Shown: positions 45,446-54,157 of the stretch, one piece after another | How positions within the stretch are numbered: position 1 is the first letter of the stretch | How the letters are laid out: every line of letters starts with the position of its first letter | Source: Actinomycetota bacterium | GTDB taxonomy: Bacteria; Actinomycetota; Acidimicrobiia; Acidimicrobiales; Ilumatobacteraceae | DNA length: 60,788 nt | Assembly: GCA_043747765.1 (NCBI GenBank) | Contig: JAYTOM010000112.1 | Coordinates: 1-60,788, forward strand | Direction of reading: 5' to 3' | Position numbers and translations under genes: made by a program | The notes under the pieces: generated by a model | Told to the model about the DNA's origin: nothing | The model's input: the letters and a program-made list of their open reading frames with translations, nothing else | Database searches by the model: none

Positions 45446-46522
45446 ATGAGCATCGAGAAACTGCCTTCTGGGAAGTACCGCGGCACCGTCCGTCACGATG
45501 GCAAGAAGGCCTCTACGCAGGCGTTCGCGACACGTGCTGAGGCTGCCATGGCAGAGGCACAACTGAAGATGAAGATGGGCGGTACGCCCGATGCCAGCGA
45601 GGTGACGATGGGGGAGCTGTTGCTCACTCATCTGGCTGAGAATGGCTACTCGCCAACGACTCACGCTGACGTTCTCAGAGTCATCACGAAGCTGCCCGAT
45701 GCCTTCAAGTCAAGGGCCGTTGCTGACGTGACGCCGCACATCCTCTATGGGCTGTACAAGCAACTGGCCGAGGAAGGCTGGACCGTCTACAGCATCCGGC
45801 GTGTGCATGAGACAGTCGGCAGTGCATACCGCAAGCGTGCCATTCCGTTCAGGTGGGCCGCGACCAACCCAGCACGTGACGTACAGCCCCCAGCACTGCC
45901 GCCCACAGAGATCCACCCACCGACAGTGGACGAGGTACGCACGATTCTGCAGGGGGCCGATGGGGCATTCGGTGCCTACTTGAAGCTGTCAGCCAACAGC
46001 GGGGCGCGGCGTGGCGAGATGCTTGCACTGCAGTGGCAGGACATGGACCTCGACCTCGGCCGTGTCGTGATCCGCAGATCGATCGTGAACACCCCAGCCA
46101 CCGGTATGACGGTACGTGAGACGAAGACAGGCAAGAAGGGCCATCGCGTGATCGGCGTGGGGCCTGGCATCGTGGGGGAGCTGAGAGCACATCGAGATGA
46201 GCAGAAGGCAGCCGCTGATTCCAATGGCCTACCGGCCCCTGTGTGGGTCTTCAGTCACGATGGTGGAATCACACCATGGCGCCCTGACTACATCACCTTG
46301 AAGTTCAACCGACTTCGTAAGACCCTGGGGCTGGATCACGTGAGGTTGCACGACCTTCGCCACTTCGTTGCCACCAAGATGCTGGGCGATGGTGTGCCGT
46401 TGGCAACCGTGTCCAAGAGGTTGGGCCATGCTCGTGCATCAACCACGCTCGATCGATACTCCCACTGGATGCCCCAGCAGGATCAGGACGCAGCTGACAG
46501 CCTGGACGCTCTACTGAGCTAG
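45446..46522 (+). CDS. int: tyrosine-type site-specific integrase
   Basis: MSIEKLPSGKYRGTVRHDGKK.. is an AP2-like N-terminus. The C-terminal catalytic blocks are ..GARRGEMLAL.., ..HDLRHFVAT.. and ..GHARASTTLDRYSH.. (alternative ATG 45437). Confidence 0.9.
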   Translation: MSIEKLPSGKYRGTVRHDGKKASTQAFATRAEAAMAEAQLKMKMGGTPDASEVTMGELLLTHLAENGYSPTTHADVLRVITKLPDAFKSRAVADVTPHILYGLYKQLAEEGWTVYSIRRVHETVGSAYRKRAIPFRWAATNPARDVQPPALPPTEIHPPTVDEVRTILQGADGAFGAYLKLSANSGARRGEMLALQWQDMDLDLGRVVIRRSIVNTPATGMTVRETKTGKKGHRVIGVGPGIVGELRAHRDEQKAAADSNGLPAPVWVFSHDGGITPWRPDYITLKFNRLRKTLGLDHVRLHDLRHFVATKMLGDGVPLATVSKRLGHARASTTLDRYSHWMPQQDQDAADSLDALLS

Positions 46523-46722
46523 TTGAGGCCACGTACAAGGGTGGCGCACTCGGCGCGTTCCACTGCAGCGATGCTGAACACCCACCGACCGGCCCCCGGC
46601 CCCATGATCGGCATCACTGGTGCTGTACCAGTTCGTACGGCACGCTTAATCGACTCTGGATGCAGGCCCCATCGCTGGGCCAATTGATCGGTTGTCAGAG
46701 TGAGGCAATCAACGGCATTCAT
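46519..46722 (-). CDS. xis: excisionase/AlpA-like helix-turn-helix DNA-binding protein
   Basis: 67 aa, with ..LTTDQLAQRWGLHPESIKRAVRTG.. HTH. It is convergent with int and shares a 4-nt CTAG stop overlap. Confidence 0.65.
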   Translation of the reverse strand: MNAVDCLTLTTDQLAQRWGLHPESIKRAVRTGTAPVMPIMGPGAGRWVFSIAAVERAECATLVRGLN

Positions 46723-46948
46723 GTTCGTTCTCCATGTGCGGAGCGCTGTGCAGCGCTGTCAGGACTGTTACTCAACCATTCTGGTTACGCGCATGTCAAC
46801 AACGCTGCAGCACCCATATCGAAACTATGGGCAATGAAGCTGAACAGCGAGAGCGTGGAGACGACACATGAGGGGGCCAGTTCCAATCCAAGACGGTTGC
46901 TCAGCTGCTTCGCTTGCCCCGCATCAGTGGCCACAGGCTCGCTGCTGA

Positions 46949-47440
46949 CCGCCCGGGCGCAGTAACTGTGGGGGGCTGGCGGCCTCCGAAGCTGGGGTCG
47001 ACAAGGTGGTCATAGAGCGCCTGTTGATGAGACTCTGGGAGACCGAAAGTACTACGCCCAAGGTCAATGTTCGAGCCCTCGTGGACGCACTTGCGGCCGA
47101 CCGGACGGCCTTGGAGGATCTGTCGACACAGCGCTTCATCAAGCGCACAATTCCGGCTGACCTGTTCGACAAGCTGTCCTCAGAGCTGTCCGACAAGATT
47201 GCCGTTACCGAGTCCGAGATTGAGCGTGCTTCGCGGTTCGGTGTCGGGGGACCGATGACACTGCAGTCACTTAGCGCACGCGTCATCGAGTTCGGCCCCT
47301 ATGCAGATTGGAATGCAGCCGATCCGAATCAACAGCGGAGCATTCTCCGCTCGATGGTGGAGCAGATTGTGATTCACCCTGCCAAGCATCTAGGTGGCAA
47401 CGTGTTCGATCCTGACCGCGTGGAACTGGTCTGGCGCTGA
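46949..47440 (+). pseudogene. C-terminal relic of a large serine recombinase (coiled-coil/tail only)
   Basis: The frame is open from 46949. ..RALVDALAADRTALEDL.., ..QQRSILRSMVEQIVIHP....FDPDRVELVWR resembles a typical large-serine-recombinase C-terminus. No catalytic domain lies upstream. Confidence 0.5.
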
Positions 47441-47864
47441 CGGTAGATGGTTCGTCCACCGCAGGCGGGCTGTGAGAGGTCTGCTGATCATGGGCCCACG
47501 AGCAGTGGACTCACCGTAGACAAGGCGTTCGCGAAGCCAAGTGCCGCAGCTCGATGTCCCTTCCTTCCTGTTTACTTGTTCCAGGTTCCGCTTAGTTTTG
47601 CATAGTATGAATTAACCCATAATGAATCGCGAATTTGCCCTCGCCATTCTTGACTGGCGACCCTCCAATAGTCTATATTGACCCCCATGGAATCACGAGC
47701 GCAGAAGATATCCAGAGGTGCCAATCCAAGAACGTTTGGCGCCCGGGGGCGACCGCTGACGATCGTTCGGCCTTTCACCTTCGGGGATCGATCGGTTTGG
47801 AAGACCAGCGTCAATCGAGATCTTTCTGTCACGTCGCAACTCTCTTGGAAGAACTGAGCGGCGG

Positions 47865-48449
47865 GTGTTTACTCCGACCTACATCAAGCGCCGACCTATG
47901 GGGCGCACCTTTGCGAAGAAGGGCCGGGCTTGTACTCAGGCGCGGGAGTGTGACAGGACCTATCTCCGCAACTTCGGGCGACAGATTGCGGCTCTAGTTG
48001 AGCCACGGCTCCGCCAGAATTGCCATGGTTGGCGCAAGGGTCATTCGGTGGCGACGGCCGTGAGCGATATCGAGTCAAGAGTCGGCAATCGGGTCGTGTG
48101 CGACGTGCATCACTACTTTCCAACCGTCGATCAGGTTCGCCTACGCAAGATGGTCAACAAGCTCGATGCCACTTTGTGGTCGGAGATAGCGCCATGGCTA
48201 CCAGAAACAGGGTTGCCGACGGGGTGCGCCATTTCAAGCCCTCTCGCCAACCTCTATCTCAGCGACATTGATCGGCGGTTTCCCATCGTCCGATACGCGG
48301 ACAACTTTCTCGTGACAGCCGATGACACAGAACGGGTCTTGCGCAAACTTCAACGGCACCTCGACGACATCGGCCTACAGATGCACGAGGTCGAACACAA
48401 TCCAGCGCGCTTCTGCGGAACCCTTCTCGGCCCCATCAAGGGGCGCTAA
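47865..48449 (+). CDS. miniature reverse-transcriptase-like protein (fingers/palm only; YADN)
   Basis: RT blocks appear in order: TYIKRRPMGRTF, CHGWRKGHS, VVCDVHHYFPTVD, GLPTGCAISSPLANLYL, RYADNFLV, GLQMHEVEH..FCGTLLG. GTG start. There is no N-terminal extension and no thumb domain. It may be a relic. Confidence 0.6.
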   Translation: MFTPTYIKRRPMGRTFAKKGRACTQARECDRTYLRNFGRQIAALVEPRLRQNCHGWRKGHSVATAVSDIESRVGNRVVCDVHHYFPTVDQVRLRKMVNKLDATLWSEIAPWLPETGLPTGCAISSPLANLYLSDIDRRFPIVRYADNFLVTADDTERVLRKLQRHLDDIGLQMHEVEHNPARFCGTLLGPIKGR

Positions 48450-49129
48450 TTCGACATGTAGTTCCGTCGGTATTGCACCGATCGAACGAGTAACCAGCGC
48501 CCATGCCCTTCGCACGAGTGGGGATGTGGTGCGTGATCCAGCGTGGGCTCCATGATGGTGTCCTATGGGGATCAGGCGACGGCATCGGCACGGATGCCGT
48601 TACGGGCGGGGTATTCAGCACTGCGGCTGTCTACACCCTCTGCAAGAATGCCCTTTGTCCTCGCAGGCTTTGACCGGGACAATGGGCGTACGTCGCACGA
48701 ACGAGGGATTGTTGTCACGATCCTGGTACTGGACGTACGGTAGCAAGACATTTTCCAGTGCAGCCTCCGATATCTCGGTTGGAGCCGGGGGCAGGTAGCA
48801 AGTATCTGGGTCGGAATGATGGCTGAATCGATCAAATATTGGGGCCTAGAGCCTATATTTCTGGGAATTCACAGAATCGAAGATGACACCAGGTAAACGC
48901 GTGTGCAACGGGGGCAGATAGCAACTACCAGGGTCTGACTGGCGTCAGCGAGGGCCTATCAAACCAACGATGTGCTGATCTCTGCCACATGTGGCCTAGG
49001 GGCCCCTCTGCTTGTTTTGGGCTGTTGAGGGTGGTCGGTCCCGTCGTACTTCACTCGCGCAATAGTCAATTGTCCGAGCGTCTCACGCCAAGGACGGTAA
49101 CGAGTACGGTGCCTGCCGGAGGTTCTGTG

Positions 49130-50632
49130 ATGCGAATGACAATGGTTCGATCTCGTTGGACGGCGTTTGGTGTGGTGTTGGCAACTTTCGTCGGATCAGG
49201 CGGCCTGCTGGGTGCGTCGGCCACTGGTCCCTCTGGCGGGTCCGTATTTGTGCCGATCACGCCGTGTCGCCTGTTGGACACTCGACCGTCCTCGACAGTG
49301 GGGCCGAGGGCCGTCGCATTGGGCGCGTCGGAGACTTACACCGTGGCGGTCACGGGCAACGCCGGTAACTGCAACGTCCCTTCGGGCGCTACTGGATTGT
49401 CCATGAACGTTGTCGCGATCGACCCGACTGGCTCGTCATATCTCGCTGTGTTTCCGGCGGACAAGCCTCTGCCGTTGTCTTCCAACCTGAACTGGATTGC
49501 TCGCCAGCCTCCTACGCCGAATGCCGTCACGGTCGCCGTGTCGGGCGATGGCCGAATCAGCTTTTTCAACAACGCTGGCGCAGTCGATCTGGCTGTCGAC
49601 ATCGTCGGCTACTACGCAACCTCGGCCGATGGACCCGCCGGACCGACGGGACTCACAGGACCTGTTGGCCCTGCTGGGCCGACTGGAGCTACCGGAGCCA
49701 CTGGGCCAGTTGGGGCAGTTGGGCCAGCAGGAGCCAACGGTTCTTCGAACCGAATAAACAACGCTCAGATCGCCCAACTCCGTTGGGACCAGGCGAAGAA
49801 CGCACTCTTTGCGACGGTAGCGGTCGGGTCGGAGCCGGTCGGCGTTGCTTTTGACGGGGTGAGCGTCTGGGTAGCCAACTACCTGGCGGGCTCGGTCTCG
49901 AAGATCAACCCAACCACGAACGCAGTGATTGCGACGGTCGCCGTGGGCAACAACCCGCAGGGCGTTGCCTTTGACGGAGCAAGCATTTGGGCGGTCAATA
50001 CCGGTGATGGCACCGTTTCCAAGATCAACGCCACATCTAATGTGGTCTCGGCGCCCATCACAGTCGGCAGCGGGCCGGTGTGGGCTGCGTTCGATGGCAC
50101 GAGCCTCTGGGTTTCAAACGGCGTGTCCAACACGGTGTCGAAGATCAATGTCACGACGAACGCCGTGACCGGCCCCTACGCCGTCGGAACCAACCCGAGT
50201 GGCGTGGTCTTCGATGGGACAAGCATCTGGGTAGCAAACGGCGGATCTGGAAACGTCTCAAAGATCAACCCGAACACGAACACGGTGATTGCCACAATCG
50301 GCGTCGGCAACGGAGCGAACGGAATTGCTTTCGACGGAACCAACGTGTGGGTTGCGAATTCGTCCGACGCCACCGTGTCGAAGATCAACGCCGCGACCAA
50401 TGCCGTATCGCCGCCCATCACCGTGGGCAGCAATCCGAACAGGATCGCGTTCGACGGGACCAGCGTTTGGGTTACGAACTACGGGTCCGGAACCGTATCC
50501 AAGATCGACCCGACGACGAACGCGGTGAGCACGCTCACGATGGGTGGAAATCCATCTGGAGTGGCATACGACGGAACCAACGTCTGGGTCGCTGACTTCG
50601 CCACGAGCATAGTTCGAAAGCTGCTGCCCTAA
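49130..50632 (+). CDS. secreted protein: unknown N-domain + collagen-like G-X-Y stretch + ~7 YVTN-type beta-propeller repeats
   Basis: ATG 49130 follows a GGAGG RBS, with signal peptide MRMTMVRSRWTAFGVVLATFVGSGGLLGASA. There are 37 aa of G-X-Y (49631..49741). A ~40-aa unit then repeats, e.g. ..VGxxPxGVAFDGxxVWVANxxxGTVSKINxxTNAV.. Confidence 0.8.
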   Translation: MRMTMVRSRWTAFGVVLATFVGSGGLLGASATGPSGGSVFVPITPCRLLDTRPSSTVGPRAVALGASETYTVAVTGNAGNCNVPSGATGLSMNVVAIDPTGSSYLAVFPADKPLPLSSNLNWIARQPPTPNAVTVAVSGDGRISFFNNAGAVDLAVDIVGYYATSADGPAGPTGLTGPVGPAGPTGATGATGPVGAVGPAGANGSSNRINNAQIAQLRWDQAKNALFATVAVGSEPVGVAFDGVSVWVANYLAGSVSKINPTTNAVIATVAVGNNPQGVAFDGASIWAVNTGDGTVSKINATSNVVSAPITVGSGPVWAAFDGTSLWVSNGVSNTVSKINVTTNAVTGPYAVGTNPSGVVFDGTSIWVANGGSGNVSKINPNTNTVIATIGVGNGANGIAFDGTNVWVANSSDATVSKINAATNAVSPPITVGSNPNRIAFDGTSVWVTNYGSGTVSKIDPTTNAVSTLTMGGNPSGVAYDGTNVWVADFATSIVRKLLP

Positions 50633-50648
50633 GTTTGCCCTGTGGATA

Positions 50649-50668
50649 ACACTCGTGGTCACGAGTGT
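50649..50668. promoter_or_regulatory. perfect inverted repeat ACACTCGTG-GT-CACGAGTGT (terminator or recombinase site candidate)
   Basis: 9-bp arms with a 2-bp centre. It lies 17 nt after the stop at 50632 and 23 nt before the serine recombinase GTG. Confidence 0.4.
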
Positions 50669-50690
50669 GAAACCCCTGTAGGGTGGGGCG

Positions 50691-51398
50691 GTGAAACAGA
50701 CTCCGAATCCCGAGCTGAACGCGGACCGTCCCGCAATCGGCTATCTGCGAGTATCCACAAACGTCCAGGCGAAGGACGGCTTTGGACTGGACGTTCAACG
50801 TGCGAGCATTGAGGCAACGGCCGATCGCATTGGGGCCAAGGTCGTGGTCTGGTGCTCAGACGAAGGAGTGTCGGGAACAGTCGAGGCGTTGGACCGTCCT
50901 GGGTTCAACTGCATTGTGGAGCACCTCAAGGCAGGAGACGCTGATCTTGTGCTCGTGCATCACGCCGATCGGCTCGCACGTACCCTCACGGTGCAAGAGG
51001 CCGCGCTCGCAGTGCTCTGGTCGAACAAGGCGACTGTGTTCATCGGCGGCGAAGAAGTGATTGCCGACGACCCGTCTGACCCTATTCGCACGATGGTTCG
51101 TCAAATCCTCGGGGCCGTGAACGAGTACGCACGTCGGGACGCGATGCTCAAGATGCATTCGGGTCGAAAGGCAATCCGACGCGCCGATCCCGCCCGGTAT
51201 ATCGGAGGCATCGTGCCAGCTGGGTGCGTCGTGATTGATGGCCGGCTCACCGCAACCCCCGAGTTCATCGACCAGATCAAGGGCATCCGTGAAGGGATTG
51301 CGTCTGGAATGTCAGCCAACGCGGTGGCCAAGGAGCTGGGCATGCATCCCCAGCAGATCAGCCGCCGCCTGGCCACGGCAACCCGTGTCGGCATCTGA
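50691..51398 (+). CDS. small serine recombinase (resolvase/invertase type) with C-terminal HTH
   Basis: ..AIGYLRVSTNVQAKDGFGLDVQ.. carries the catalytic Ser. ..LVLVHHADRLARTL.. is present, and the C-terminal ..MSANAVAKELGMHPQQISRRL.. is an HTH. Confidence 0.85.
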   Translation: MKQTPNPELNADRPAIGYLRVSTNVQAKDGFGLDVQRASIEATADRIGAKVVVWCSDEGVSGTVEALDRPGFNCIVEHLKAGDADLVLVHHADRLARTLTVQEAALAVLWSNKATVFIGGEEVIADDPSDPIRTMVRQILGAVNEYARRDAMLKMHSGRKAIRRADPARYIGGIVPAGCVVIDGRLTATPEFIDQIKGIREGIASGMSANAVAKELGMHPQQISRRLATATRVGI

Positions 51399-51668
51399 AC
51401 AACCTTGATGAGGTCCGACACGTACTACAAAGTCGTGCCGGGCGGGACGTTGTTTGACCGAACCGTCGATATCGCGAGAAACTTGGTGTTCACTTTCCAG
51501 CGGGATACTTTGGCGTCGATGACGTCGGCAAAGCCAGCGCTGTGTTTGAGCAGTTTGCGCCGTGTGACAAAGGGAGGGGCTCTATCGATCTGTACTGGTC
51601 GGTGACCTGAGTGAAGCCACAGCGATGGCGAGGATTGTGCCGAGCAGCTTCTTCAGGCTTGGATCCCG

Positions 51669-52847
51669 TTAGCTGACCACCATTCGAGGGTAACGAGGCT
51701 GGTACGCAGCCGGCGGCTCGTCACCAAAGAGGTGTGCGCCGATCGCAGCGCTGCAGCGCTGTGAGGCTGCGCCGTCCCCGTACGGTGACACGACCTCGGT
51801 CCCAGCGTGGTCTAGCGACTCTGTGGCATGTTTGAGGATAAGCGCACGGTCGGTGCCCACGAGCACGGCAGCTCCTGCGTCCACGGCTTCGCTGCGTTCG
51901 GTGACGTCCCGCAGTACGACGACAGGGCATCCGAGCGCCGGCGCTTCTTCCTGGACGCCGCCGGAGTCGCTGATCACGAGGCGTGACCGTCCGAGCAGTT
52001 GAGCGAAGTCCGAGTACGACAACGGATCGAGGAGGCTGATTGAGGGATGGTCGCCGACCACGGGGACGACGACGGCGCGCACGGCGGGGTTACCGTGCAG
52101 TGGCCAGATGACCCGGACATTCGCTGTGTCCGCAAGGTCGCGGATAGCAAGCGCGACGTTTCGCAGTGGTTCGCCCCATGATTCGCGCCGATGAGCGGTG
52201 ACTGTCACGATCGGCCGCTCGTCTGTGAGTGCATCTGCGAGGCCGCTGTCGATCAGAGGCGGTCGGCTCTTAAGGACGTGGTGAAGCGCGTCGATAACGG
52301 TGTTGCCCGTGACGAACACAGAATTGGCCGGGATGCCTTCGGCGAGCAGGTTGGCGGCGTTCGCTGCGGTAGGGGCGAGGTGGATAGCGGCGATCCGGCT
52401 GATCATCAATCGGTTGCCTTCTTCGGGGAATGGGCGGCCCAGGTCCCATGACCGCAGCCCAGCTTCGAGGTGGACCACCGGCGTCTCCGAATAGAACGCG
52501 GCAAGCGCCGCGATGAACGCAGTGGACGTGTCACCTTGAACGACGACCAGGTCGGGGCGATTCTGCTCGAAGGTTGTGGTGAGCTCGGCGAGGACCCGGG
52601 CGGAGAACGCGCTCAGCGTCTGGCCCGATTCGCCGGGCTTGAGCCGCACAGCAGGCGTCAGGTCGAACAGGTCGAGGACCTGGTCGAGCATCAGCCCATG
52701 TTGTCCAGTGGACACCGACAGCACTTCCAGCCGCGGGTCTCGCTGCAGTTCGTGGATCAACGGTGCGAGCTTGATCGCTTCCGGTCGGGTACCGAAGACG
52801 ACAGCGACCTTCTTACGCGTACCAGGGCCGGCGCTCGTGCCGGTCAC
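51669..52847 (-). CDS. wecB: UDP-N-acetylglucosamine 2-epimerase (non-hydrolysing)
   Basis: ..KVAVVFGTRPEAIKLAPLI.., ..VVQGDTSTA.. and ..LVISDSGGVQEEAPALG.. are present. GTG 52847 forms a GTGA overlap with the GT2 stop. Confidence 0.85.
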   Translation of the reverse strand: MTGTSAGPGTRKKVAVVFGTRPEAIKLAPLIHELQRDPRLEVLSVSTGQHGLMLDQVLDLFDLTPAVRLKPGESGQTLSAFSARVLAELTTTFEQNRPDLVVVQGDTSTAFIAALAAFYSETPVVHLEAGLRSWDLGRPFPEEGNRLMISRIAAIHLAPTAANAANLLAEGIPANSVFVTGNTVIDALHHVLKSRPPLIDSGLADALTDERPIVTVTAHRRESWGEPLRNVALAIRDLADTANVRVIWPLHGNPAVRAVVVPVVGDHPSISLLDPLSYSDFAQLLGRSRLVISDSGGVQEEAPALGCPVVVLRDVTERSEAVDAGAAVLVGTDRALILKHATESLDHAGTEVVSPYGDGAASQRCSAAIGAHLFGDEPPAAYQPRYPRMVVS

Positions 52848-54157
52848 GCAGGCACCGTCGCGCTCGCAGGCACCGTGGCGCTCGCTGGCACGTCGTCCAC
52901 GCGTTGGGTCTTCGCCCAGCCCTGGCGACGCAGTACGATCCGCCCGACGGCTCGCCAGGTCGCAACGTACCACGCGTAGTTGTAGACGGTTAGGAAGTGG
53001 ACGAGCACGAGCGTCCGGGGCCAGGAGATGTCACCTGCTTGGCGTTTGTAGATGGTTCCGAGCAGCCACGAGGGACCGAACGACAGCAAGTACAGCAGAG
53101 CGATGCTTCCCGAGTCGAAGGTGAACCCCGACACTACGGTGCCTCGGGCCATTGCCAGCACCAAAAGGATTGCCGGTAGCCCAAAGACGAGGCTAGCGAT
53201 GAGCGTGACAGCAGGCGCGGCGAGGTACCACGTCAGATCGAACGCGGAGATGGTCGACACTTCCGGCGAGCGCATTATCGCCGGGAGGTGCTTCCAGCAC
53301 TGGAAGTGCCCTTGCATCCACCGAGTCCGTTGCCGGGCGATGCGCCGAAGCGACGTCAGTCCCTGCTGCGCGACGTACGTCTGGTCGACGAAACGGTTGT
53401 TCCACCCGTTGAGAGCGAACCGGATGCCAAGGTCGAGGTCCTCAGTCAGGCAGTCAGTCCACGGTTCGTCGCCGAATTCGTCGAGCGCGCTAAGGCGGGT
53501 GAACTGCCCGTTGCCGCCCAGCCCAACACTGCCGAGGTGCTCGCGGGCGTTCTGGACGAACGTGCTGAATGTCAAGAATTCGTAGTCCTGGCAGCGCGCC
53601 AACCAGCCCGAGCCGCGGTTGATGATTCGCACTTGGATCTGCGCACCGCCAGTCAGCGGGTCCGTGAACGCCTCGCCGATCGAGTCGAGCACGTCGGACT
53701 GCAGCCGGCCGTCGGCATCGACGATGCCGACGATCACGACATCGTGTCGCAGCCCGCGGCTGTCAGCGTTTGCACGGATCAGTCGGTACGCGCAATTGAG
53801 CACCTCGCCTTTGCCCTGGCGAGCGTTGGGCAGCGTCCGTTCAACTAGAAGCACGTTGGGAGCTGCGATCGATCGGACGACGTCAGCGGTGCCGTCGTCG
53901 GAGCCGTCGTCGACCACGAGAATGGTGACGCTCTGGTCGGTGGAGATCGCAAGCAGCGAACGCACTGTGTTGGCGATTACTTTCGCCTCGTTTAACGCTG
54001 GGACGATGAAGTAGTAGGCGAACCCTGGCACTCGATTGTCGGTCGGCCATCTTCGACGGCGGCGCGAGAGGATCAGCATGAGCACCATGTAGCTGCCCAT
54101 GACGACGAACATCGCGGTGGCGAGCACCTCGACCATCGTCCCGATGGGAAGGCTCAC
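52844..54157 (-). CDS. membrane-embedded processive GT2 glycosyltransferase (PgaC/NodC/BcsA-like)
   Basis: ..VVDDGSDDGT.., ..IVDADG.., ..TEDLDLG.. and ..QRTRWMQG.. (QxxRW) are present, with N- and C-terminal TM helices. The C-terminal tail is encoded by an 18-bp tandem repeat (52851..52886). Confidence 0.8.
   Translation of the reverse strand: MSLPIGTMVEVLATAMFVVMGSYMVLMLILSRRRRRWPTDNRVPGFAYYFIVPALNEAKVIANTVRSLLAISTDQSVTILVVDDGSDDGTADVVRSIAAPNVLLVERTLPNARQGKGEVLNCAYRLIRANADSRGLRHDVVIVGIVDADGRLQSDVLDSIGEAFTDPLTGGAQIQVRIINRGSGWLARCQDYEFLTFSTFVQNAREHLGSVGLGGNGQFTRLSALDEFGDEPWTDCLTEDLDLGIRFALNGWNNRFVDQTYVAQQGLTSLRRIARQRTRWMQGHFQCWKHLPAIMRSPEVSTISAFDLTWYLAAPAVTLIASLVFGLPAILLVLAMARGTVVSGFTFDSGSIALLYLLSFGPSWLLGTIYKRQAGDISWPRTLVLVHFLTVYNYAWYVATWRAVGRIVLRRQGWAKTQRVDDVPASATVPASATVPA

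Noticed and set aside
47572-47832. 86-aa minus-strand ORF divergent from the RT-like gene, and the overlapping 120-aa plus-strand ORF 47635..47997.
   Set aside because: No recognisable motifs. The two ORFs overlap each other in a region of atypical composition. They may be real partners of the RT, but I cannot support a call. They are mentioned only as part of the RT locus.
48450-48990. Search for group II intron domain V/VI or a retron a1/a2 repeat pair around the RT-like ORF.
   Set aside because: No AGC-triad domain-V-like 34-nt hairpin and no long inverted repeats bracketing the region were found by eye. Only generic hairpins were seen, and these are reported in the RT finding. Neither an intron nor a retron can be claimed.
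51399-51668. Start-less minus-strand frame ..DRAPPFVTRRKLLKHSAGFADVIDAKVSRWKVNTKFLAISTV.., considered as a transposase (RW.IE..F-like) remnant. The plus-strand 66-aa ORF 51405..51605 was also considered.
   Set aside because: The similarity to DDE transposase C-termini is only a vague impression. There is no start codon and no inverted repeats, so I cannot support either call.
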